From contig NZ_JAEMTF010000003.1 of NCBI RefSeq assembly GCF_016462415.1, forward strand, positions 28,837 to 92,836: DNA of 64,000 nucleotides, read 5' to 3'. The notes under the pieces are model-generated. The model made no database searches and was not told the origin of the DNA. It worked only from the letters and a program-made list of their open reading frames with translations. Shown piece by piece: positions 9,846 through 17,641 of this stretch. Positions within the stretch are counted from its first letter, which is position 1, and the number at the start of each line of letters is the position of its first letter. The DNA comes from Williamsia sp. (GTDB lineage Bacteria > Actinomycetota > Actinomycetes > Mycobacteriales > Mycobacteriaceae). The translations under genes were made by a program, and so were the position numbers.

Positions 9846-10640
9846 ATGGTTGAACGGAAGAGGCATTCCGCGCAGTAGATCGTGCGCGGGCTGCGTGCGC
9901 TGCGCGGTGCTGACGAGCTCACTGCGGCGGGCGATACGTCTGAGAAGCCCGCTGCCGAGCTGGAGGTGTCGGTCGCCACAGTGCAACTGGCGACGCTCGT
10001 ATAGCGGTATGTACACCGACGTTGCGAAGGAACTCCACGAGCTCCGCAAGCAAACGACCGGCTCAACAACTCCTCGCCGACGCCGAGCCGAAAAGTATGC
10101 GCTGCGCGAGGTGGCGGAGGGCAACTTCAGGGCCGAACCGCCAGGCGCCGCGCTGTGGACATGCTCGTCGAGGGCTTGTGTGTGTCGAAGCGGTTGTCGT
10201 GCGGGGCGGTCGCGCTTGCTCCTTCTACCCAAACGAGTGCAACGATCGTCGAGTCCGGCTGATTCTGAGGCCGATCTCCACGAGATACAACGAACGTATG
10301 CCCAGGCGAATCCGGTGCATGGCTATCCGAGCGCGGGCATCTGCTGCACGACCAGGCCATGCCGATCAACGAGAGGCAGGTCCACCGTTTGTGGACATAG
10401 GAAGGATGGCAGGTACAGACCTACGACGCACGCAACCATCCCGGTCCACGAACCATGTCATCTCAAGATCACCGAGAACCGAGACTCACGGGCGAACTTT
10501 CCGTCACTGTGACGGTAGGTCAGCTAGTGAGGGCCCGTGCCTTCGTAAATCAGCTCCCCAACTTCGTATGGCTCCACGTTCGAGCCTCAAATTGAACGAA
10601 TACAGACTTCCTGGAGCGAGGAGCGCACAATTTTCTCAAT
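9846..10640 (+). mobile_element. Decayed, truncated IS3-family transposase (orfA plus N-terminal orfB) relic
   Basis: No intact ORF, but transposase-like sequence appears when three + frames are stitched together. The pieces are MVERKRHSAQ*IVRGLRALRGADELTAAG..KPAAELEVSVATVQLATLV*RY, then DVAKELHELRKQ, QQLLADAE and YALREVAEGNF. These continue with RRAAVDMLVEGLCVSKRLSCGAVALAPSTQ, DLHEIQRTYAQANPVHGY and LLHDQAMPINERQVHRLWT*EGWQVQ. That matches the canonical IS3 OrfA HTH/leucine zipper and the OrfB N-terminus (xNxKRVxRLWREEGLxV) as I remember them. There are in-frame stops (for example TAG 9876-9878) and several frameshifts. No DDE core is recognisable, and the end coordinate is approximate. Confidence 0.6.
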
Positions 10641-10727
10641 AGCGCCGTACCGTTGAGCCAGGTCTCCACATCGCGAAGGAGGGCCTAACCAAGCGTTGCG
10701 ACCGCGAAACCGGACTGATCGAGCGGG

Positions 10728-11471
10728 CTAACGACGAGTCACGAGGCCAGGATCTGAAATCGACCGGTCTCGAGAGAAATCGACACCAAGCCGGCGGGAA
10801 GCGGCTTCGACTATCCCCCAGGTCGTATCTTGCAGGTGGGCGACGAACAACTCGTCATCTACGCCCTGCTCTGCACCACCGTCTAACCACCACTCTGTCG
10901 CCGATAAACCTGAACCAAGGATGGATGCCACCACGATTGGAACAGTCGAAGTGTCGGCATCAATGGTCCGTAGGTGCGTCGCGAACTGGTCGGCCAGAAT
11001 CTCGACAATCGACCTCAACTCGTCCGCCGCACCGCCATCTCCCGAGACCGAGTACTGAAACATCTTGTGGCTGATCAAAAAGCGCACAACTGCCGGATGC
11101 TTCCCGACCAGTCGTACATAGGAACGGATCAAGGAACCGAAAACTTCATCCACGGAGGGCGCACTTCCCGCGTCCTGCAACGTCAGTTCGGCCGATTCCC
11201 AGATCATGGTTCCCAGCCTCGAACCCACCGCCCGGTATAAACCCGCTTTGTCGCCGAAGTGGCGGTACAACTTGGGCTTCGAAACTCCGGCCTCCGCTGC
11301 TATATCCTCCATGCTGACACCTTGGCCGCACCTGTCGATCGCGCGAACTGCTGCGTCCGAAAGCTCGGCCCTGACCACGAGCCTGTGGTCATCCCAGCGG
11401 GTATTTCGTGCATCGAACACACGTTTTTGAACCTGGTGGGGCTTTGCTGAGATCCGGCGAATGACAGACAT
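10728..11471 (-). CDS. TetR/AcrR-family transcriptional regulator
   Basis: ORF 10728..11564 trimmed to ATG 11471 (MSVIRRISAK...). TetR HTH present: SMEDIAAEAGVSKPKLYRHFGDKAGLYRAV. Confidence 0.85.
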   Translation of the reverse strand: MSVIRRISAKPHQVQKRVFDARNTRWDDHRLVVRAELSDAAVRAIDRCGQGVSMEDIAAEAGVSKPKLYRHFGDKAGLYRAVGSRLGTMIWESAELTLQDAGSAPSVDEVFGSLIRSYVRLVGKHPAVVRFLISHKMFQYSVSGDGGAADELRSIVEILADQFATHLRTIDADTSTVPIVVASILGSGLSATEWWLDGGAEQGVDDELFVAHLQDTTWGIVEAASRRLGVDFSRDRSISDPGLVTRR

Positions 11472-11596
11472 ATCAGTGATGAGATTACCAGCGGTGCCAC
11501 ACAACCACCGAGCCTGGGTCATCCTCGAGGACCTGCATCGCAGGCGTGGGCACCGCCGCTTCAATCACATTGCAATCTGCAGGTCATGCCACATGG

Positions 11597-12511
11597 CTAG
11601 TGGGGTGTGGCTGCGTCCAGTCGGCCGACCGCGTCGTTGAACTCCCGCGGGGCCTCGAGATTGATCATGTGACCGACGTGCTGGATGGTCACCGTCTCAT
11701 GCAACCAACCACGTTGTTGTAGACGTTCTGCAATTACGATCGAGTGGGCCTGCGGGGTCAGCTTGTCCGCGTCGCCCACGGCAACCGTGGTCGGCACAGT
11801 CAGAGCATCCAACCCCGCACCGACATCGATGGTGGCGAGGACGCCCCCCCAGCCGGCCCGCACTGATGGGGGACATTCGAGAACGATCGCGCAGCACTCG
11901 GCAACCACATCGACTGGGGCATGCCGCCCCATGGTGCCGTACTTCACGAAGCGCCGGGTGAGTGCGCTGTTGGGCATCTCCGGGCCCGCTACTGCCAGAC
12001 CTGCACCGAAGGCGCGCTCGAGATGTGCGCGAAGCGACGGACGCGATCCGATCAGCGTTGACTTGCTAACCAGTTCCGACGGACCGGTGCTGGCCAGAAC
12101 AGCGCCACGCGCGAGCTCAGTTACCGAGTCAGGATGCCCGTCTGCCCACGCCATCACCGACATTCCACCCATACTGTGACCCACCAGGAGCGCTTTGTGA
12201 GGCGGCGTCACCACGGCTCGCAGAACGGCCTCGAGGTCGTCGCCGAGCGCGGCTGAGGTGAACGCAGTGCGTCCACGATCGCTCCAGCCATGTCCGCGCT
12301 GGTCATAAACCACTACACGATTGGACTTGGCGAAGTGCTCGATCTGTGGGCGCCAGAATCGACCTTGACAAGCCCACCCATGGCTGAAGACCAACAGCGG
12401 GGCGTCGGATCCGAGACCGAACTCTTCGACCATCAGCCGCGTCCCATCCGTTGATAGGACCTCCCTGACGCGCCGAGTTTCGGACACTGCAAACTGAATG
12501 TCAGAGGGCAT
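11597..12511 (-). CDS. alpha/beta-fold hydrolase (esterase/lipase-like)
   Basis: HGW oxyanion motif (LLVFSHGWACQ), nucleophile elbow GHSMGG, and C-terminal HVGHM catalytic His region. Overlaps the upstream reductase gene by 11 nt. Confidence 0.85.
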   Translation of the reverse strand: MPSDIQFAVSETRRVREVLSTDGTRLMVEEFGLGSDAPLLVFSHGWACQGRFWRPQIEHFAKSNRVVVYDQRGHGWSDRGRTAFTSAALGDDLEAVLRAVVTPPHKALLVGHSMGGMSVMAWADGHPDSVTELARGAVLASTGPSELVSKSTLIGSRPSLRAHLERAFGAGLAVAGPEMPNSALTRRFVKYGTMGRHAPVDVVAECCAIVLECPPSVRAGWGGVLATIDVGAGLDALTVPTTVAVGDADKLTPQAHSIVIAERLQQRGWLHETVTIQHVGHMINLEAPREFNDAVGRLDAATPH

Positions 12512-13571
12512 CGAAACTCACAGTGACTGCGTCGGTCAGCGGAAGCGCTTGACAGGCAAGGCGTTCGCCGTCCTGAACGTCCTCTTCGACCAGGATATTG
12601 TTCTGAACCATGTCGACGTCGCCGTCGACCAACCTGCACACGCACGCGCTACACGCGCCCTCACGGCACGAATACGGCGCGTTGTGCCCCTGTGACAGAA
12701 GCACATCGAGAAGCGGCGTGTTCCGCGGCCATTCAACGGTTATGCAGTCGCCGTTCAGGTACACAGTTGCGGTGGCGATGCCCTCATCGTCGCTGAGGCG
12801 CCGCAGCGTCGCTGTGTCGAATGGATCGCCGGATAAAGACTGGAAGACCTCGCGATGGACGTTCGCATGGTTCACCCCACACTCGACCGCGGCCCGCTCG
12901 ACGAGGTCCATGAACGGCGCAGGGCCGCACATGAAAACTTCGGTACCTTTGTGATCACTCAGGATCTCCGTCACCGCCTGTGCCGTCGGGATCCCGCGCT
13001 CCGACTCGAGCCAATTCACCATGGAGAACCGCTCAGGGAATTCCGCTGCGATCTGTTCGAGTTGGCCCCCGTACATCACCGATTCGATGTCGCGGTTGGC
13101 GTAAAACAACACCACTTCGCCACCACCGGCTATGAGCGCCGATTTCACTAACGAGAGGACTGGCGTGATTCCGCTTCCGCCAGCAAAGAACGCCATGTCC
13201 ACGTCCAGGTTCTTCGCGGTGAATTGGCCGGACGGCGCTAGAACTGTCATCTCCATACCCACAGTCACGTTGTCGCACAACCAGTTCGACGCGTAACCGT
13301 CGCGGGTACGTTTGACACCGATCTCGAGACGGAAATCATCGACATAGGGCGAGCTACTGAGTGAATAGCACCGAGCAACATGACCGGTCTGCTCAGACGG
13401 AATTTTCACCGTGACGAACTGGCCCGGTGCGTACTTGAAGTCCTCGACGATTTCGTCCGGGATGTCGAAGGCAATCGTCACCGAATCGATGGTTTCCTGC
13501 ACGACGTCGGTCACGGTGAGTGCTCGAGATCGCGATCTCGCTACCGGGGGCGCGTCCTGTTCCACCGTCAT
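12501..13571 (-). CDS. FAD/NAD(P)-binding ferredoxin-reductase fused to a C-terminal plant-type 2Fe-2S domain
   Basis: FNR-like RxYS motif (ARCYSLSS), NAD-binding GGSGITP, and C-terminal CREGACSACVC cluster ligands. Confidence 0.85.
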   Translation of the reverse strand: MTVEQDAPPVARSRSRALTVTDVVQETIDSVTIAFDIPDEIVEDFKYAPGQFVTVKIPSEQTGHVARCYSLSSSPYVDDFRLEIGVKRTRDGYASNWLCDNVTVGMEMTVLAPSGQFTAKNLDVDMAFFAGGSGITPVLSLVKSALIAGGGEVVLFYANRDIESVMYGGQLEQIAAEFPERFSMVNWLESERGIPTAQAVTEILSDHKGTEVFMCGPAPFMDLVERAAVECGVNHANVHREVFQSLSGDPFDTATLRRLSDDEGIATATVYLNGDCITVEWPRNTPLLDVLLSQGHNAPYSCREGACSACVCRLVDGDVDMVQNNILVEEDVQDGERLACQALPLTDAVTVSFDAL

Positions 13572-14434
13572 TTGATGATCCCCCGCCTGCGAGCAACTGC
13601 ATATCCCACACGTGTCAGAGGTGCTGCGATGTCCTGGTAGCGCGGTCCGACGACGCGCGCGACGAAGTCGAAGGCACGAGCATCAGCGCCGATGAGAACA
13701 CGTGCACGCTTTTTGTCAACGCCCTTGAGGATTGTCGATGCAGCCTTGTCGGGCGTGCTCCGAGCGATCTTGTCGAACATGGACGCGATGGTCGTGGTGT
13801 CGCCCATCTCGGACACACCACGAGCATTGTTGACGATATTCGTCTTGACACCGCCCGGGTGAACGCAGGTCACCACGACCGGGTAGCGGCTGATCTTCAT
13901 CTCTTGGCGCAGAGCCTCGGTGAACCCTCGAACACCGAACTTGGCAGCGTTGTACGCGCTCTGACTCGGGATCCCGATCAAACCGAAGACACTCGAGGTA
14001 TTGATCAGATGCCCGTCGCCGGACGCGATCAGATGCGGCAGGAACGACTTCGTGCCGTTGACGACACCGCCGAAGTTGATCCCCATCAGCCAGTCGAAGT
14101 CCTCCCAGGACATATCGACGACGTCGGCGCCGAGGGCGACGCCGGCGTTGTTGAAGACCAGGTTGACCTTGCCGAACGACGACTGCATCGCGTCCGCGTA
14201 ATCCTGAAACGCATTGCGGTCTGCAACATCGAGAACTGAGGTCTCGACCGTGGTGCCGTACTTCGTACGGCAGATATCAGCAGTCTCTTTGAGGTGCATT
14301 TCGTCAATATCGGACAGGGCGAGCGAGGCGCCACGTTCGGCCAACTGCACTGCCAACGATCTCCCGATTCCCGAAGCTGCGCCGGTGACAACCGCGACCT
14401 TTGATGCGTAATTGCCTGACGTCGAACTAGTCAC
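13568..14434 (-). CDS. short-chain dehydrogenase/reductase (SDR)
   Basis: TGAASGIG cofactor motif and YNAAK catalytic motif. ORF 13568..14608 trimmed to GTG 14434 (VTSSTSGNYASKVAVVTGAASGIG), because the long form would overlap the upstream BVMO by about 130 nt. The start is uncertain. Confidence 0.8.
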   Translation of the reverse strand: MTSSTSGNYASKVAVVTGAASGIGRSLAVQLAERGASLALSDIDEMHLKETADICRTKYGTTVETSVLDVADRNAFQDYADAMQSSFGKVNLVFNNAGVALGADVVDMSWEDFDWLMGINFGGVVNGTKSFLPHLIASGDGHLINTSSVFGLIGIPSQSAYNAAKFGVRGFTEALRQEMKISRYPVVVTCVHPGGVKTNIVNNARGVSEMGDTTTIASMFDKIARSTPDKAASTILKGVDKKRARVLIGADARAFDFVARVVGPRYQDIAAPLTRVGYAVARRRGIIK

Positions 14435-14475
14435 TTTGTAAACCCACTCTGTCGATGATTGAACAAATGCGCTAT

Positions 14476-15993
14476 CTAGGCGATTTCGTAGTCGGAGGCC
14501 TCGAAGTCCTTCGTGGCGCGCCAGTACTGCCAAGTGAAGCCGGGCCACACCGTCCGATTCACGCCGAGTGAATCCAGATACCAGCTTGTGCATCCACCGT
14601 TGGTCCACACCCCGTTGGCCAATTTGTGCTGGATGTCGTCGTTGAACTTGCTCTGAACAGTCGGGCGCACGTCAATGCGCTGTGCATCTTTGCTGTCGAC
14701 CGCATCGATCACCTTCAAGATGTACTTGATCTGCTGTTCGATCATGAAAACGACGGAGTTATGTCCCAATCCGGTGTTCGGCCCGAGAAGGAAGAACAAA
14801 TTGGGAAAGCCCTCAGTTGTGATACCGAGGTGGGTGTTGATGCCCGTCTCGCGCCAGTGTGACGGCAGATCTTCACCGCGGGCGCCCTTCAGCGCCAGCG
14901 AATCGAAGCCATCAGTGACGTGGAAGCCCGTCGCGTAAATGATCACATCGACCGGGTACGAGTTTCCATCAGACGTGACGATGGAATCTTCGGTCACCTT
15001 TGCGATCCGGTCGGCGACGACGGTCGTGTTCGGCGCCGCAAGGGCCGGATAGTAGTCGTTCGAGCCAAGGATCCTCTTGCACCCGATGCGGTAGGAGGGG
15101 GTCAGCTTCTCGCGGAGAACCGGATCACTAATAGAACGCTTGATGTTCCATTTCGCAACCTTCTCGATCGGACGCATGAGGTTGGAGTGCCCGTTCAGTC
15201 CGAAAGCCAGGCTCTCGGCGCCCCAGTACACCGACCAGCGTGCGAGCCGACGCGTGAGGGGGACCTTGTTGAGAACCGTGCGAACGGCGGCGGGAACCGC
15301 GAAGTTCCTGCGCGGCAGCACCCATGCCGGAGAACGCTGGAAAACTGTCAGCTCGCCGGCCTCCTTCTGCACGAAAGGCAAGAATTGAATCGCACTGGCA
15401 CCGGTACCCAGGACAGCAACACGCTTGCCTGCGAGCTCTACCGAATGGTCCCATTGCGCGGAGTGAAACGCCTGGCCCGTGAACTTCTCGATACCGGCGA
15501 GGTCAGGAAAGTTGGGGATGTGCAACGCACCGACACCGGACACCACGTATTGCGCGATGTACTCCCGACCCGCCTCGGTCCGCACGTGCCACCGGGACTC
15601 GGGCTCGCTCCAGTACCCAGAAATCAGCTTCTGGCCGAAGTGGATTTTCTGCGTGACGCCGCGCTTATCAGAGATGTCCTGGAGGTACTGCTCGATCTCT
15701 GGTTGCGACGACCACACTTTTGACCAGCCGCCGCGAGTCTCGAAGGAGTAGGAGTACATCAAGGAAGGGACATCGCACGCGCAACCTGGGTAGGTGTTGT
15801 CGCGCCAGGTCCCACCCACGGAGTCTGCCTTTTCCAGAACGAGGAAATCGTTGATTCCTTTGCGGCGCAACTGGACGGCCATCCCAAGTCCCGAGAACCC
15901 GCTACCAACTATAAGGACCTTGGTCGTGATTGGATCGTTGGATTTCGGCGACTTGGCAGAGCGCGGCGCGCGCTTCGTGGTGGATGATGTCAT
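14476..15993 (-). CDS. flavin-dependent Baeyer-Villiger-type monooxygenase (EthA/MymA-like)
   Basis: FAD motif GSGFSGLG, BVMO fingerprint FTGQAFHSAQWD (FxGxxxHxxxWD), and second Rossmann motif VLGTGASA. Start set at ATG 15993, which is preceded by GAGGAG 9 nt upstream. Confidence 0.85.
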   Translation of the reverse strand: MTSSTTKRAPRSAKSPKSNDPITTKVLIVGSGFSGLGMAVQLRRKGINDFLVLEKADSVGGTWRDNTYPGCACDVPSLMYSYSFETRGGWSKVWSSQPEIEQYLQDISDKRGVTQKIHFGQKLISGYWSEPESRWHVRTEAGREYIAQYVVSGVGALHIPNFPDLAGIEKFTGQAFHSAQWDHSVELAGKRVAVLGTGASAIQFLPFVQKEAGELTVFQRSPAWVLPRRNFAVPAAVRTVLNKVPLTRRLARWSVYWGAESLAFGLNGHSNLMRPIEKVAKWNIKRSISDPVLREKLTPSYRIGCKRILGSNDYYPALAAPNTTVVADRIAKVTEDSIVTSDGNSYPVDVIIYATGFHVTDGFDSLALKGARGEDLPSHWRETGINTHLGITTEGFPNLFFLLGPNTGLGHNSVVFMIEQQIKYILKVIDAVDSKDAQRIDVRPTVQSKFNDDIQHKLANGVWTNGGCTSWYLDSLGVNRTVWPGFTWQYWRATKDFEASDYEIA

Positions 15994-16096
15994 TGATTGA
16001 TACTCCTCAATTAACGAGTGTTCGCGATGCATATGAGTCAGGGAGGTGCAGGCGTGATGCTTGGCCTATGCGTTGATCCGTTGGATCAACGATCAG

Positions 16097-17065
16097 TCAC
16101 CGAAGGTCGTCGGGAAGGCTGCGGGTCGCGCGCCACATCGCCATGGTGAACTTGCCCTCGATCATGCCGGCCTCGTGGAAGAACCGGATCATGGGCTCTG
16201 ACATGAACTGAATGTTGACGCGGTAGTGCGGGCTGGTCTGCTGTGCGAACACGCCACGCAGACGGCCGATGCCAACGGCCGGGTACACCTTGGGGTTGAT
16301 CAGCAGCGGGTATGCGAGATTGGCGATTACTGCGAGCACTCCGCGGTGCCACGCTCGGGAGATCTTGCCGCGACGCTGCATTCCTTCGACCATGTCCAGC
16401 CGCGCGAACGTGATGTGCCGAGCCTCCTCGAGCACATGGATCTTCATCAGCTGACGCAGCTGCGGCTGCATCTCGGGGTCACTCATCGCCTCACGCTGAG
16501 CGCGATCGAGGATCTCCTCGATCAGCAGAGTCGCACCAGAGACCGAGGGACCTAGCGGGACGAAATGAAGAATCTTGGCGAAGCTGAGGAAACCCGTGGG
16601 CAAACGGTAGGGCTCGATGCCCATTTTGTTGATCAGACGGGCGAACATGATCGAGTGACGCGATTCATCACCGACCTCTGTTAGCGAGTACAACGAACGC
16701 TCGTCGGTGATCGCCCCCTTGGCGGTGGTCCGTAGGAGAGCTGAGCTCAGCAAGTTCTCGGCGTAGATTCCGAAGCTCAGAATGCTTGCGATCTCGTGCC
16801 GGCCCAGCTCGAACTTCTGCTCGTCGGTCATCTTGTTCCACAGCTTCGAACCGTAGAGCGACACCCTGTGTTCAGGCAGGAAACGCTTGCCGTCTTCCCA
16901 CGGCGAATCCCAATCGATGTCAATCTCGGCATCGTAGGATTTCTCGGCTGACGAGCGCAGCAAGCGACCGGCCGAGCGCTGCATGTCAACAGGCTTACGC
17001 GTATTGACTCGCGCTAGTCCCTCGGTGGAAAAGTTCGGCTTGATTTCGGCATCTTGAACGGTCAT
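16097..17065 (-). CDS. ferritin-like di-iron oxygenase (AurF / p-aminobenzoate N-oxygenase-like family)
   Basis: Helical protein with paired carboxylate/His sites (TEVGDESRHSIMFARL; HVLEEARHITFAR), typical of the AurF-like di-iron family. First gene of the minus-strand operon. Confidence 0.65.
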   Translation of the reverse strand: MTVQDAEIKPNFSTEGLARVNTRKPVDMQRSAGRLLRSSAEKSYDAEIDIDWDSPWEDGKRFLPEHRVSLYGSKLWNKMTDEQKFELGRHEIASILSFGIYAENLLSSALLRTTAKGAITDERSLYSLTEVGDESRHSIMFARLINKMGIEPYRLPTGFLSFAKILHFVPLGPSVSGATLLIEEILDRAQREAMSDPEMQPQLRQLMKIHVLEEARHITFARLDMVEGMQRRGKISRAWHRGVLAVIANLAYPLLINPKVYPAVGIGRLRGVFAQQTSPHYRVNIQFMSEPMIRFFHEAGMIEGKFTMAMWRATRSLPDDLR

Positions 17066-17121
17066 CTGCGCTCCATGTGTTCGTGGTTTCGGGATCCGCT
17101 GCTCGAGTATCTGTTACCAGT

Positions 17122-17163
17122 AGTACCCGGTACTGATAGTATTCTCAACAAGTTCCAACTTGT
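17122..17163. promoter_or_regulatory. two palindromes in the divergent intergenic region (candidate operator sites)
   Basis: AGTACCcGGTACT at 17122-17134 (6+1+6) and ACAAGTTccAACTTGT at 17148-17163 (7+2+7). Both lie between the di-iron oxygenase operon and the DUF4873-MmpL operon. Confidence 0.3.
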
Positions 17164-17192
17164 CAACGGCGATGCACGAAGGTGAGACCCAA

Positions 17193-17534
17193 ATGTCAGA
17201 CGACCACGATCTCGACTACTCCGGCGAAGCGGTGCTGGCATGCCGAGGGAAAGAGATCCCTGTTGATCTCAAGATCAAGGGCTATTTTCAGCCGCTCAAC
17301 GGCCTGTACACCTGGTACGGCCGGATAACCAAGAACGCCGAGCTCGATGCCCTGCTGGAGGGCAAGCGAACGGTGGCGGTGGTCTCGACGCCCGAGGGAC
17401 GCGCCGAATGCGTCGTCGGAGACGTCGATTTCTGGGGCCGCTACCGGCTGAGCGGCAAGAGCCGCCCGCCGTACCACGTACCGAGCACTCTCGAAGAGGT
17501 GGAAGCAATCGCCGAGAGCGAACACCACAGCTGA
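17193..17534 (+). CDS. DUF4873-like small protein
   Basis: ORF 17160..17534 trimmed to ATG 17193 (GAAGGTGAG upstream). The pattern YSGEAVLACRGKEIPVDLKIKGYFQPLNGLYTWYGRI matches my memory of DUF4873, a family usually found beside actinobacterial flavin monooxygenases. Confidence 0.6.
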   Translation: MSDDHDLDYSGEAVLACRGKEIPVDLKIKGYFQPLNGLYTWYGRITKNAELDALLEGKRTVAVVSTPEGRAECVVGDVDFWGRYRLSGKSRPPYHVPSTLEEVEAIAESEHHS

Positions 17535-17641
17535 TCTGACTGCAGACGGTCGTTTCGGGGTAACTGCAAACTCTCCTCAATTGGCCCGTCGCAGTTCACT
17601 GGACTTTTGCATGACCAATTGTTCGAGAGGAAACAAGACAC

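Noticed and set aside
9756-10642. Several 96-224 aa ORFs on both strands in the yrbEA-TetR gap
   Set aside because: None reads as a coherent protein. They are better explained as fragments of the decayed IS3-family transposase.
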